Source: Octopus vulgaris
Taxonomy: Eukaryota
Length of the DNA stretch: 64,000 bases
Direction of reading: 5' to 3'
Assembly: GCA_951406725.2 (NCBI GenBank)
Contig: OX597832.1
Location: 10,850,001-10,914,000 of the forward strand
The notes beneath the pieces are model-generated. The model made no database searches, was not told where the DNA came from, and saw nothing but the letters and a program-made list of their open reading frames with translations. A program made the position numbers and the translations under genes. Shown one piece after another: positions 38,601 through 53,214 of this stretch. Positions within the stretch are counted from its first letter, which is position 1; each line of letters opens with the position of its first letter.

Positions 38601-39464
38601 GAATGTCTGTATGCATAAATATACGAATAGTTTTGTAGGTGAAATATTGCGTTACAGACGCCGCTACAAGAAAATTTGTCTGCATAAATGCAAACCATAA
38701 TAAAAAAAATATCTATAGTGCTTAGAGATAATATCCCAATACATTCCACACGATTTCGCATCATCCAATAAGAATATATTGTTTCATTGATAAACAGTCA
38801 TACATCTATTAAGAGTAAAGAAGCAGTTGTTTCCCAGATATATGATATCACTCTAATAGAGATATTTATCTTTCATTGACTCCGTCGTCGTTTCTATTCC
38901 CCCTTCATTATTTCGTCTGTATCTAGATCATATCTTTGCATTCAGTTTATCAGGAAAATTACATATCACACCATTGAGCTTACGAATTAATCAAATATAT
39001 GAACAAAGATATCTGTCGCTTTGATCACAAACAAGGTTTGTGTGGTAAGTAACCCTATTAGAGAATTTATAGTTCCGACAGCGAAATTTGACCTAGCTGG
39101 ATGTGACTGTACGCGAATAGCATAACAACAAACACATTCTGTAAGACAGACAAAGCAGTGAATAAACCATCCGATAGTGTTCATTGGAAAATTGGCGTAT
39201 ATGAAAGCTAATGTGAGACGGTTAGGCTGTAAACATAAATATTTCTTTCCTTCGATCCAGCTAAATTCTCTAGGGTGTTTAAATGAGCAAGTTGTTTTTG
39301 AAGCATTAAAAAACAAAATACTGATAAAGATACAATAATTTTTTATTCAGACACTGCAAAAACTGCTGCCTCTGTCTCCCCCAGTTTCTGTCTCTTCCTC
39401 TCTCTCTCTCTATTACTATCTCATCGTCTTTATTGTTTTATTCAATTATCAGTTAAGGAATTGG

Positions 39465-39518
<54 letters not shown>

Positions 39519-40596
39519 CTCAGCGCATTAATATTCCTAAGATATGATTAAATTTTCAATCATTAGCATATGGAACCTAATTCTGATTATAGCTATAGGC
39601 AATTCAGCATGGCATATGAAATGAAATTCATGAAATATAATAAAATCAAAATTATCAAAAATAAAATGTATCATTAAGCAATTGACATTATGCTACACTA
39701 AAGAGTACTGTAACAATGTAATTTGAAAGAGAGAAAGAAAATTTGAAGATTGTGTGTATACGTCTATATCTGTTTAATGTTGTCTATAACTACGCTTTTC
39801 GTTGTATATGCAATTTCTCGATGAACTGCGTGATTAAAAACGACAACATAATAATCTAGTATATAAATTGTATGATATCGTATGTGTGGTAAGATGAATA
39901 CGACATAAGTTTTACGTTTCCGATGATCTTGAGCATTTGATCAAACCGTTTATATAATTTCGGCGGGGATTTATATAGTGAAGTGATTTATCTACAAGTA
40001 TCCCATGTTTTTTTCATATATTTCATGTTTGGCGTACAGGCATCCACGAAAGACCATCGGTACATATGTATGTGCGTATGTCTATGGGTGCATGCATGTA
40101 TGCATGAATTTATGTACGCTCATACCACCGTATGTATATATCTATTAATGTATGTAAATGGGTGGGTTTTTTTGTGTGTGTGTGTAATAGTATATCAAAA
40201 TTTGACAGCTACCTCAGAAATTTCAGCTGGACAATTTTGGATTGTTGAACCTAACAATTTGATACACCAAAGCCTGAAGGAAAATTCTGATTTCATTGTT
40301 AATATCTCATACATACGTCTATCCTCTATACTTAGAGTATTGAATTTCATGCAATATAATATTTTCATTACGCAAAGTATATTTTAATCAAATTAAAACA
40401 CTTACATAAAGGTGCATATCTACAAACGCACGTGCGAGTGTTAATATAGATATAGATACGTTCACACACAATCACACATAATGTGTGTGTAAGTATGTAT
40501 GTATACATGCATATCAATGTATATAAATATATATATATATAACTCTTCCACGATGGTAAGGTCAACCAAATAAACAAATATACATACATACACACA

Positions 40597-40631
<35 letters not shown>

Positions 40632-40636
40632 CTATG

Positions 40637-40671
<35 letters not shown>

Positions 40672-41423
40672 TACACTTCCGTGATAGTAAAATCAAACGA
40701 AAGAAGTATAGACACAAATGCACATACACACACACACACACACACACACGCATGTACACACTCACACATACGCTCATATATACAAGTATATATGCATGTC
40801 TACAATGACATCTGTGAAAGGGAAAATGCTTAGATTGCAGACAACATTTTTAATATTTCCCGTAAAGGTTACAGAAATAATTTCGCTAGAATAGAAATAA
40901 CTAGATATCTGGAAATGCTCGTTGAAGCTAGCGTTCAAAAAAGTATAGAAAATTTAAAATTTTGAATGCAGTAAGTAGCTGAAAATTGGGCAACTGCCTG
41001 AAATGTTTATAACTTGGTCGATTTAACTACAATAATCAAGTAACATTTGAGAATGTCTGTTACATGAAACGGCTCAATTGAATGTCGTTCTAAAGAGAAA
41101 CATGAAATACGATTTGAAGTTTTTGATCTCTAAGTTACACACTGATGTGTGAAATCTCTTAAATATTTTGAGGTTTCAATTAAATATGAAATTGTTTCAT
41201 ATAATTCTGCATCGATCCTATACTTGCCTATTTCAATGAGTCGAAAAATTCAGTGACACGAAACAAATTTACATTCTGAAATGTCTGCATATGAATCGAC
41301 GAAAATATGAGTTCCATGTTTGTGAAGTTTTGTGACGAAGTAGAATATAGAAAAAAAACAAACAATATCCATGCATATATCCATATACATGCATACGTAT
41401 GTTTGTGTGAGTAAATATATATA

Positions 41424-41515
41424 GGCGCAGGAGTGGCTGTGTGGTAAGTAGCTTGCTTATCAACCACATAGTTCTGGCTTCAATACCACTGTGTGGCATT
41501 TTGGGCAAGTGTGTT

Positions 41516-41522
<7 letters not shown>
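41424..41522 (+). mobile_element. SINE family A, 5' head
   Basis: GGCGCAGGAGTGGCTGTGTGGTAAGTAGCTTGCTT...TTGGGCAAGTGT, ending in an (AT)n tract. Confidence 0.88.
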
Positions 41523-41556
<34 letters not shown>

Positions 41557-41613
41557 GTAGTTAGCTACATCTATATGCATATATGCACATAGATTTATAT
41601 GTATATAATCATA

Positions 41614-41876
41614 TTCTTTTACTTGTTTCAGTCATTCGACTGCGGTCATGCTGGGACACCGCCTTTAGTCGAGCAAATCGACTCCAGGACTTTGTAAGCC
41701 TAGTAATTATGCTATTAGTTTCTTTGCCGAACAGCTAAGTTACGGTGACGTAAACACACCAGCATCGGTTGTAAAGCGATGTTGGGGGCACAAATACAGA
41801 CGCACAAACACACACACATATATAAATATGCATATATACGACGAGCTTCTTTCAGTTTCCGTCTACCAAATCCACT
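41614..41876 (-). mobile_element. SINE family A, 3' two-thirds
   Basis: TTTTACTTGTTTCAGTCATT...CTTCTTTCAGTTTCCGTCTACCAAATCCACT is the reverse complement of the family A body and tail. Confidence 0.9.
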
Positions 41877-42726
41877 ATATATATATATATATATATACGT
41901 GCGTGTGTGTGTGTGCCCATCTGTGTATGTGCTTGTGCGTGTGTCTGCATGTATATAAGGCAGAGATAGATAGACAAACAGATAGACGGAGAAAGAGAGA
42001 GGAAGAGATCATTATATGTGACCGCATGGTAGAGTGCTTGTACATGTTTGAAGCAAGAATGCGAAAAGCAATTTTAAAAATAGACGGCAAATCTGTCTTC
42101 AAATGTCGAATAAGTATCTGTACTTAGTAACAAGGTTGAATGCATGACATATACAAAGCAGCAAACACATTCATACACACACACACGCCCGCGTAACTAC
42201 ACATACACACACGTACACTTACACACATCACACAAACACTCTTATATAGTGCGTGTGGAAGAGTGAGTGAGAGGGAGTGAAAGAAAGAGAGAGAGAGAGA
42301 CCAAGCCTAGAATTCTGTTAGTTTACTATGAAGACACAGAAGCTACACAAATGATTCGGAAATATACGAAAACCTTGTGACTTCCGTTTAACAAAAGAAA
42401 GGCTGGATAGCTTCTGTACTTATTGCAGAGATCGGGTGTCAAAAATGATACGTGAAATATGATTAGCTTTCATTGAATATTTCCACTATTGAATGAATAT
42501 AGAAGATTGTTTGAAACTCAATCCTTTAACGAGAGAAAGACTGGAATGCTAGAGATCAAGACATGAGCCTTATTCATAAGGGCAAATGATAGACTATTGA
42601 TTAGTCGTGTGAGAGGTATTATTGAGAATAATTTCTTTAAATCATATACGTTATTTAATATACTTAATGCTATGGTAGTTAATATAGCATAGAGTGAAGA
42701 TTTGTAATATTTTGTTAACTGAAGTT

Positions 42727-42905
42727 AACGCTGGGCGACATGCTCAGCGGCATTTCGTTCAACGTCATGTTCTGAGGTCAAATCTCTCCAATGTCTACTT
42801 TGTCTTTCATGTTTATGGGGTTGATAGAATAAGTAGCAGTTGAGTTCTAGGGTCGGTGGATTCGAGTTTCCTTTTAAACTGGCCTTGTCTCAGAATATGA
42901 AGTCA
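42727..42905 (+). mobile_element. SINE family B, degenerate
   Basis: CGCTGGGCGACATGCTCAGCGGCATTTCG...GTTCTGAGGTCAAAT...TACTTTGTCTTTCAT. Confidence 0.7.
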
Positions 42906-42939
42906 TGGTGTTGCTCTGCGTCTTGCAGAATTATATAAG

Positions 42940-43410
42940 GATGGGGCACTGCGATTTCGTTACGGATAGTTGATATATGCCATTGTGCGGTATAAATGTT
43001 CTGCATTGGTGAATAGCACGAACTCTTCTACAATAAAACAACGAAAGAGCTCGTACCGTTCGAACGAACCGAAAATATCTCTAGGAATTTCAGGTAATAG
43101 AACTGATGTCACACCCAGCATACACTTTAGACATAGCTCTCTCATATAATTACTCGTTCCGATACTTGGCCCACATCCTGCGCTCACGACACTTCATTGG
43201 CTAAAATGAGATGGAAGCTGCAGTGAAGGATTTTTCCGCGTCCAAAGACAATGGTATCAGCATGGTATCAAAGAAGTGGCAGAAAGGTGGTATCAGAATG
43301 TGCAATCGATGGCTTCTAATTTGAATGCTTGTCTGCTTTTGCTGTAACTTGAGTACAAAAGGAGATAAATTACCAAAGTATTGCAAAATATTTGACTCAA
43401 CGCAACACTA
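42940..43410 (+). mobile_element. Second mariner transposase 3' remnant, apparently a different subfamily from 7073-8065
   Basis: SHPAYTLDIALSYNY (cf. PHPAYSPDLAPSDY), EMEAAVKDFSASK and YQHGIKEVAERW (cf. EVE..VKEFFASK..WY..GI..L.ERW). Confidence 0.65.
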
Positions 43411-43719
43411 TACAAATTCTTAAAAGCTGCTAGCAAATCTAAACATACAGATTTGTCATCGGATAGCGACATTTTTATAGGGATTATCTTACGTTTTTTT
43501 TTTTGAGTGGGTCGTCTCTATTTTCTGTTTTTATGTTGTGCTAATTTTTACGTGAAGAAGGTTAGAAAGCCGAAAGTACGAAACCACAACCAGCGTGAAG
43601 TTGCAATACGACATTACTTTTGTAACTATATGGAGCAATTGTGCAGTTTAACGTTGCATTGTCTTTGATGTAGAGCTTTATGTTACAACTAGCAAGAAAT
43701 ATCCATATACACACACAGT

Positions 43720-43796
<77 letters not shown>

Positions 43797-43802
43797 CATA
43801 CA

Positions 43803-44146
43803 TACATGGTTCCGGCTTCACCCCACTGCGTAGCAGCTTGGGCGAGTGTATTCTATTATAACCTCAGGCAGACCGAAGCACAACGAGTGGATTTGGTAGA
43901 CGGAAACTGAAAGAAGCGTATCTCATATATATATATATATATATATATGAAATGTATTTGTGTGCCTGTGATTGTCTCCCCACCTTCGCTTGACTACCGA
44001 CGTTGGTGTGTTTACGTACCCGTAAATTAGAGGATCGGCAAAAGGGAACAATAAAATAAGTAATAGGCTTACAAAGAATAAGTCCCGGGGTCGATTTCTT
44101 TAACTAAAGACGCACTCAAATTACTGAAACAATTAAAAGAATAGAA
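43803..44146 (+). mobile_element. SINE family A
   Basis: ACATGGTTCCGGCTTCACCCCACTGCG...GAGTGGATTTGGTAGACGGAAACTGAAAGAAGC...AAGAATAAGTCCCGGGGTCGATTT. Confidence 0.88.
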
Positions 44147-47051
44147 TATATTATTCTTCTATTCTCTTCCATTTTCCAGTTATTTGACTTCGGACATGCT
44201 GAAACACTGTCTTGAATACTTATAGGCGAATGAATCAACCCCATCACTTGTTTCCCCAAGCCTTAAACGTATTCTATCGTTTTTTTTTTTTTGCGGGGGG
44301 TTCCTGAAACCAATATGCTGATCAGAGAGGATGAATATCTTCATAGACGGAAGTGGTACCAAAGACTCCTCTACTGAACACATCGTGTCCACTCTTTGTC
44401 CAAGACTAAGTTTTTTTCATATGCAAATTACAAAACCTACTGGATGGAATATCGATCTCTATTCACACTTCTTGGACAATAATCAAGTGCACCCGCAAAT
44501 GTTTGTATAGAAGAATGGTTTTCTTGGCCACCAAAAACTAATTTCATTTGACCCATCCATCCATAATATTTATGCTAGTCGAAATCGGTTATCTGAAATA
44601 TAACGTATCATAAATTTACTTCAAAGAAAACTTAACTATAAGTTTCCTACCTTATTCTAGACATGTGATAACTTGTGATATTATAGTCAAGCTTTCATTT
44701 AAAGATACTTAGTTCATTATGTAACATTCAACTTATTAACTGGATATTGAAATATTGTCAAACATGCAATTCTCTGAGATTCCAATCAAGAATTAATCAA
44801 TTATTGAAAATGACTTACAGTATATTATATATTATATCAGTTAAACACAATGTATTCGATTTAGGTTATACAGTACTAAGTGAAAGCACTTTCATGTATC
44901 CGCTGCTCTAAGAGAAAGGGTCTACAACACATACTACGCAGTTGCTCTAAGGAAATGCTTAAGGGACTTTACAGCCGGAGATATCGTCAAATTATTAAGA
45001 CTGTAGTTGAGAAAACCAGCAAAGGATTCAGTGCCTTCAAAAGTGTTAATGTCACATTCAGAAAAAAAAAATCCTCATAGCTATTGAGAGAGCAGGGATG
45101 AGACAGACAGATAGATAGATAGATAAATAAATAAAGAGCGAGACAGAGAGATAGACAGACAGACCGATCTAGGCCGAAAACAAGTCACAACAATAATCCT
45201 GATACTTATCTCCAAAGTATAAGGACAGGGTTTTTCGAAAGTGACCTGAAGACAATTTCTTGAGGTCACTTATCTCGCTTTTCGACTTCACGCAAGTGCG
45301 GAAATGAACTGATTCCCAACTAAGTACCAGCTTATTGGACGACTGCCGAAAGAATGGGAGGGAACAATATATGCCAACTGAGTGTTCGCTGGATGTGGCA
45401 TTACTAAGTTCCATGGAACTCTCATTATTATTGCAATGAGTTGAAAAGCCATTAGGAATGATGTAGATGGCTCCGGTTGAAAAGCGATTATTGGTAGGGT
45501 CAGTAGAATGACACTTCGAAATAGATCTAGGCTGGACCACACAAGGTCGTCGGACGTGAGGGGCTATATTGCAAAATGCAAAATACCCATTAATACTATG
45601 GAACAAAACTGACGATGTTAAAGTATTGCTTCTGTATATGTATGTTAAGCGGGTTACGAGTAGATTTTTTTAAAATCGACTATTGTCTATTTCTTTGTGT
45701 TTTCAATATATTTCGATATTGTGGGCAGATAAATTTCAAAATCAGTTTCGGCGAAACTTGAAAAAAAAAAAAAAAATCATGGAAAGTAAAAAAAAAATTG
45801 TGAGTCAATTCTACCGTATACTAACTTTACTGTTAGTTTCATTACGTTACGCATTGTATTACTAACTGAAAATGTGTTATATAGTTCACATATATTGTTA
45901 ATTTTATTTGTATAAGAATTATGTTACTATAAAAACAATAATTAAACTTCTGAGTTTATAAACATATTTTAGTGGCGTCTGAACAATATAAACCGTTACT
46001 AAATCAATAGAAGCAAAATATCTCGCAACATTATTTGCAATGTTTTTTTTTAATTTTTATTTATTTAATTATTTTTTTGCTTTTTTATGCTTATCTTTTT
46101 GTTGCTGTTCCTTTTCCATATAAATTAAAAAGAGAAAAAATTGAAATAAATAAATTATCTGATTAGAATTTTATTGAGTTTTTCATTTTATAAACGTAGT
46201 AAATATTTTCAGTGCAGAATATCGCTTATTGCCTGTGGCCTAACGCTTATTTGTTGTCTAATAAAAAATTAATATTTTATTTAAATATTTAAAATGCATA
46301 AAATAAAGAAGCCGAATAGAAACATTAAAATAACAGAAAGTATACAAAATATTTGTGTCATTACATATCAGGTTTGCCTTCTGTATTTTCAATATAATCC
46401 CTTTAATTCTTGTTTTTCTTTTAATAGCATTTCGCATAAAATCATTTAACCTCTAGTCACAGAAGGAACTGATAACAAAATAATATAAAATGGAATTTTT
46501 TTTAATAATTACAATGCTTTCTTTCTTGACATGATTCATCAAGCAGTCATGCAATTAACAAATGCTTCATATAACCCCTGCTTTTGGTTATCGTTTTATA
46601 TAACTTCAGTGAAAGAGAGTATTTGAATAAATCAATAAGCTTGAAAGATTGAATAATACAGAGATTCTTTCGATCGATAGACACCAATCTCTCCACGCCA
46701 CTCAATAAACATTATTAGAGTTTTGCTACCTTTGATGATACACAACCATTTTTATGAAACGAGGTAGAGCAGGAACGGCAACATAATTCAAAGATAACAC
46801 AACTTCGCTTTTGATTCCAGACCTTAGGATATTAAACTAGAAAACGTCATTTATGAATTTAATACATTTAATAACATTGTTAGACCTGAAGCAGACATTT
46901 TAATGTAGCATAACAATTGTTCTTTCGTTGAAAGTCGGTAGCTATTTAGTATTTTAAAGACAAAGGAAATATTTCACCCCGAAAGTTATCTGAAAATAAT
47001 TCGAACACGGTTTCAATATAGGCAATTTAAGCAGCCTTGCACATGTAGAAC

Positions 47052-47053
<2 letters not shown>

Positions 47054-47112
<59 letters not shown>

Positions 47113-47340
47113 ACATATTTATATATACCCCCGCACACATACATACATATATATATATATGTATATATATGTATGTATATATGTATATATACACGCGCAC
47201 ACAAAGATATAAAGAAACTTACGATTTCATTAACAAACACTATATATGTATGCATGTGTATATTACGTTACATTATATATTATATTATACTGTATGTATG
47301 TGTGTGTGAATGAGTCCGTGTATGTGTGTGTATGTGTAAA
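47054..47340. repeat. (AT)n/(GT)n microsatellite cluster
   Basis: Read directly. Confidence 0.93.
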
Positions 47341-47688
47341 TAATGTAAAATATATATTTACAGCTAACAATATATATCGTATATGTAGATGTAAACGTGT
47401 TTATATAAGTAAAAGCAAACTTAACTATTCATTTACAACTTGCGTTTTCAGTACACGTGTATTTAACCTCGTTCGAATTAAAATGTATGAATTCTCTTTT
47501 CGACTTGAACAAGAGATTAGTTTTAGCTTTCATTAAGCCTTCATCACGTATCTTTTAATTATTCGTTCTCTTAGAGACACTAGTTAGCATTTGTGAAGCT
47601 TTTATGGCGTACTTGTTAGGTCTTCCTTGGTAACATTTGAGTAATTATTGAATAGAAAATTAAATGTATGCCTGTATTCTTGTTGCAG

Positions 47689-47699
47689 TGCATGGACTG
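47689..47699 (+). other. Candidate 11-nt microexon
   Basis: cctgtattcttgttgcag|TGCATGGACTG|gtatgt: good acceptor and donor consensus. No transcript evidence. Confidence 0.3.
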
Positions 47700-48800
47700 G
47701 TATGTAAATGAATTAGATCCTACAGCAATATAGATTAACTGAATTTTGTACGACTGGTGTAGAGCAGTGTAAGCCTGTAAAAATATCATCCATTTTCAAG
47801 CCCCGTTAAATACTTAATTCTCACCTCAAGTATTTATTTACTCCGACAAGCATTGTTAAGTCCCTCATTTTCATTTCTTTGATCGGGCTCTTTTTGTTTT
47901 TATTTTGATAGATAATTAAGTACATGAATATGAATCATATTCTGAACCATTTTCCATCGATTATACATACAAATATTTCTAAGGTCATATAAAATGTCCT
48001 AATGAATATTTCCCAATCAAAAGTGAGACTAATGACGTCACCTCTTAATATAAAAGACAGTTTTCCAGTTTAGAAATGTATACAGATCCCCGACAGTCAA
48101 GCCAATCAATCGATGCGCTTCATCTGACAAATTGTTATTAAAACCTTTATTTTTTTTCATTTTCCCTACATTATACGAATAGTTTGCTGACCATTTCATG
48201 AACCGAAACCTCATTAAAACTCTTATAATATTCAGTATCTCACAATGTGTTTTAATTTCTACTAAAACTATTTTCGTTTGTGACATTACTAAAGTGATCA
48301 ATCAGTCATAAGATCGAAATTGGTGGTTTTATGTGGAAATATCAATGATCCGTCAACAACAGAACAAATATGAAGCCAGTCACATGTACAGTATTTCACG
48401 AAACGTTGATAAAATCTTGAAAATTATTACGCCTCATCAAACTTATTCCGTTAACCTTATCCTCCTTTCACACAAACAATTTACAATAGCATTTTTTCTC
48501 TGTAATTTGTGAACAACACACATTTTTCTTATTTTCCCATACAAAATTAGGATGGAATTATGTCTTCTTCACCACTGATCCATTCATGAGAGACTAATCA
48601 AGAGAGTTGATATTGATGACATGTTTTATCATACGTGACTGTGTAAATAAGAAATGTGGTATGAATCTATGAGTTTTGAGTTCAATTACAAAGCACAAGC
48701 CCAGTCCCAAAGCATGGAAAGTGAATTCTAAGCTAGATTCTGTTTGACCAGTAACCTGTAATTCTGCTTGATACACAGATATATAGACGGACGGACAGAC

Positions 48801-48833
<33 letters not shown>

Positions 48834-51800
48834 CGAAGCATTTAAACGCAAACAAATTAAGCTACGTAAATCTGATAAAAGTGGAGTTCAGGTTATTGAT
48901 CTTATCAATCGATATACGTGTGTTCTCAATGCGACTGTATGAACGTATGTATATGCGTATGTATGTGTGTACATACGAAACTATATATATATAGAGAGAG
49001 AAAGCGAGACAGAGAGAGATAAATAGATAGGTAGATAGATAGATAGATAGATAGATAGAGAGAATGATAAAGAGAGAGAGGAGGGAGAGAAATCATGCTA
49101 TTAACTGAAAAATCAAGGTCATTTCGATGTTTCCAATTGTATTCTGTGTAACGACTACAAATTCAATTGCATAAATTCATCAAGTATGATGTTTCTTTTA
49201 TAATTACTCTTTATCAGTAAAGATTCTCGAAAGATATAACTCAAGTCGTACCTTTAAAACTTCACATGGCGTAGTTTGAATATACTCTTTCGATGCTAAA
49301 ATGCGGCAGTATATAATAAAGTAAATTTACTGAAAATGTTCAAGCACATTTAATATACATGTGGCTGGTTTTTTTAGAGAATACTATATTTCATAAATGA
49401 ATATAATACCTTTCCTTGTAAGTTGTTCTTATATATTATTAATTCTTTCACCAGTAATGAATAAAGATGTTGTAATCAACGACATGTATACTTTTGAAGC
49501 ATATCCGTGAAAATAAATTGTTGAAATGCATCAAAGTCGTCCGACTTTAGTCAGAGACTAGAGTCGTTAAAAACGCGACTGACATTCTAGAAAATGCAGT
49601 CTGTCATATAAAGAAGATGAGATTTTCACTGTTGTGATTACTTTAACAAAATTTTGCGCCAGTGTTACACATCACATTCACAACCACCATCATTTACTAT
49701 GAAATGGGAACAAGATCGTTATTGTGATATAATGTATTCCTATGAGTGGCTAGAATACGAAGTAGGAGTTAACTAATTTTTCGACTATCATCCTATAATT
49801 TTCTATCATTCACTATATTTATATATCTATTTCTACATCTCACTGACTACTGTTTCAATAACACATTATCAATTTTATACATGATGTTTCCTAAACATGC
49901 TCATTAAAGAAAACCTTACAGGCAAACAATGACTTTAATATTTGTATAATTTAACCGTGTAATACATGTTAATGGCGACAAGACTGAACACATTCGCTAA
50001 ACAATTGGTTTAAAATAACAAGTTATTTAAACCATAACACTAATAATTAATTAATGACATATGTGTCAATGTGCAGCTGAACCGTTGGCAATTTTTATTA
50101 TGATTCGTAGAAATATATAATATTGGTTATGCATAGTTCTCAGTTGAAATATTTAATATCATATTCAAACTATGAAACATTGTACAGATTTTGCATAATA
50201 ATATTTGGTCGATTTGATTTTTAATCCTTTTCCTAACAATACCAAGTACCAAAACCAAAATATTGCTGACTTTCAATGCTATTGTATTATCGAGAATGTG
50301 AAAGGCATTTAATGACTATGTTTTATTGTGTATCTTTCGAATTTAAGAATCCCATTAGAAAAAATAAAGAAAAACGAAAACAACGAAACCACCTTGAAGC
50401 AGGTGGTGCAATCAAAAGATAATAAAATATTGTGAATAATTTGAAGCAATTAAATTACGAAAATAATTCTTGTTGCACAGAAACATTATTGTAAAATTTA
50501 CATCTAATTTCAATATTCTATTTTAATAATATAAAATAGAGAAATGATAACCATAATTTAATAAGAAATATTAATTAATGTTCACTTTTGTTTTCATACA
50601 ATTATTATGTTGTTTTTATTTATGGTTAAAATGAAATACGTTTGAGAGCGAAGCAAACAATAGAATGTAAAATAAGTACAGAGTCGAGTGAAATACCTTC
50701 AAGAATTCAATTACGAACATGTAATATTGTGTTCAAATCCCCAAAAGTCTTGATTTGACTTCAATTTTCAGAGTTGAAAAATATAGTACCAGCCAAATAA
50801 TATCTAGTTGAAAACATATCAGTGCGTCTGGAATCACTGTTATAAAATTTTAATTTGTTCTAATATAGAAGCGAGACTAGCCATTTCTCAGGTCCTAAAT
50901 TGATTAACAAGTGTAAATAGATCGATCAAGAGATACTCACGAACTATCAATGTTTTCCCTTCAAGATATTTCTGGAATATTTTGATGGACGGTGTCTCGA
51001 AGGATCTTCGAAGCAACACAAGCAGAGAATGCTATCAATCTCGCCCACTAGTAGTACACAACAGAATGCCATGGAACGGCTGGCAGATGGTTGTTGAAAA
51101 ATGAGTCGAAAAAAACAGTGACCATGGCCGTTAACCGTCAAGGAGTTGCATATCTGCGCATCATGAGATATGATGTAGCCTATTCTCCATTCAACAGATG
51201 CTGATAAGTGAGACGCAATACAACCACAAAATGTGAAAGAGCACGCGTCTCAGTCCAGTGAGGCGTGAACTGAGTCAAATCCTTCGGGGTCAAGATTACC
51301 GTTCGTCATCTCTGTCCGCCGTTTCAAATTGCTCTGATCAAACCGGACCTATAACAATTTAAGGGGTACATTCGTCATACACTCTAGGGAGCTTTTGAAC
51401 ATCATTGCTCTATCTCTCAATGTCTACATATATTGACTTTTCACTGTTGAATTTTGCTTCTGTAACCGCCACATCGTCCCTTAGAAATGTGCCAAGTATT
51501 TCAATATCCTAGTATTAGATTCTATGAAGATTACATTATCTTTGCAGCTCTTCACCATTCTAGTTTGTGCGTGACGCTCTTCAGCGTGCTTATTTACGTA
51601 GAGACGGGGGTCAAAAATAACAAAATGCTGAAAATACTGGGGAGTTTCGATATTGCCAATTTAAGCGCTTACTGAATATCTCTGCTTAAATAGCCATTCA
51701 TCCTAACTACTGAGCAAATGAATATGCTGAGTCACATATATATTCCAGCTACAGTCACATGGTTAAAACTGATCGATGGTGGACTTACCATAGAGATGTT

Positions 51801-52355
51801 AGATTTTGATCTAAACACTAGCGATTTGTTAATCGATTTCACTTTGAACGTCTAGTCACATATTCATATATTAGTTGTCAAATCCATAAAGTACATATAT
51901 AACTTCATTAATATTCATACATATACTTGTTTTGCCGATTTGAATTCTACATTGACCTGCATGCGTTACATACTCGCATTACACACTCACAATTCATATT
52001 TATATTTCCCATTTGTGTAATATTCCCACGTGTCATAGGCGTTTTACTTCTTTTACATATACAGACGGCGTGTCCATGTCTCTACACATCGATTATTAGA
52101 CAGAATATATATAATATGACCATTCATCTCAATCATACATCTTAATCTCAGGAATTGATTACAAGAATTTAATAGTTCATCTCTTGAACCCATAGACTAT
52201 AGAATATATCATGTTTTCGGATTTTACGAACATGGCTCACCTCCTTTTGGGTTTGAAGCAAATTTCATTATATAAATAATCATTTGGAACAATATTTCTC
52301 CGCCGTTTTTTTTTTCTAATTTTTCTTTTCAATAATGCTGATATTTTTCCTGTAG

Positions 52356-52476
52356 ACATTGACCGATTGTGGAATCAAAGGCCGCAGTATTGAATCCGGC
52401 TCTGCACAAATGTTTGGGGCTGTCGAAGAAGAAAACGAACGTTTTCTGATTCACAGTCCAAATACTATCAAAATGA
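52356..52476 (+). CDS. Candidate isolated exon of an unknown gene
   Basis: Acceptor ctgatatttttcctgtag| followed by an open frame TLTDCGIKGRSIESGSAQMFGAVEEENERFLIHSPNTIKM in a locally GC-richer, non-repetitive patch. The donor |gtaaag is weak. Confidence 0.25.
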
Positions 52477-53214
52477 GTAAAGTTACGTCCATCGTAAAAA
52501 TCCTGTATAAATATTTTCATAAAACTAATTTTTTTGTTAATATTTATTAACAATTTAAAGTTAAACTTGTAATCAATTTAACATTTACTTAGTAATTTAA
52601 AACCTGTTTAATCTTATTAAACAACATATTGAATTTATGTTTGTAGCATACTCTATTCAACAATGTCACGATCTACTCTTTCCATACGTACTTTTCGTGT
52701 AATATTCTTCAAATATATTTCAGTATTATTGATAATTTATTTTCTGTTTGGCCATATTTTATTACATCAATTTTCTAGCATGAGTGATTCAAAGCATCAA
52801 GTTTCACCTGATAATGCCGAGGTGAATATGGAAATAATTATCATTTATATGTCTACATGTTAGAGATGTAATTATGGAAGTTGATACGCGTACGTTATTC
52901 AAATAAGAAGTAGGGCAGGGTAGTAATGTCTATTTATTATGTAATAGTTAAATTATATGTAATTGCTAAAGAAGGCAACAAACGTTCAGAGGCGGGCTAC
53001 GAAAGAGGAGGTAGTGAAGATTTGGAAAAACTATGTATTTACCGCTTCCATGTTTTTCATGCATTCATGAAAAGGACGAAAGAGGTAAATTCATGATTTT
53101 TTTGCGAATGTTGACCATCACTTTTTCCTTATTTAAAAGCTTTACTCTACTCCAAACAGTCTCGCCCTCCTCTCTTTCATTTATATATATGTGTGTATAT
53201 GTATATATATATAT

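Noticed and set aside
38999-39050. DICRFDHKQGLC|gtaagt, Kunitz-like C-x6-G-x-C with a perfect donor
   Set aside because: The frame has an upstream stop after the only good acceptor, and no downstream Kunitz exon was found.
50950-51400. GC-richer patch, possibly a LINE 3' remnant
   Set aside because: No motif could be assigned with confidence in any frame.
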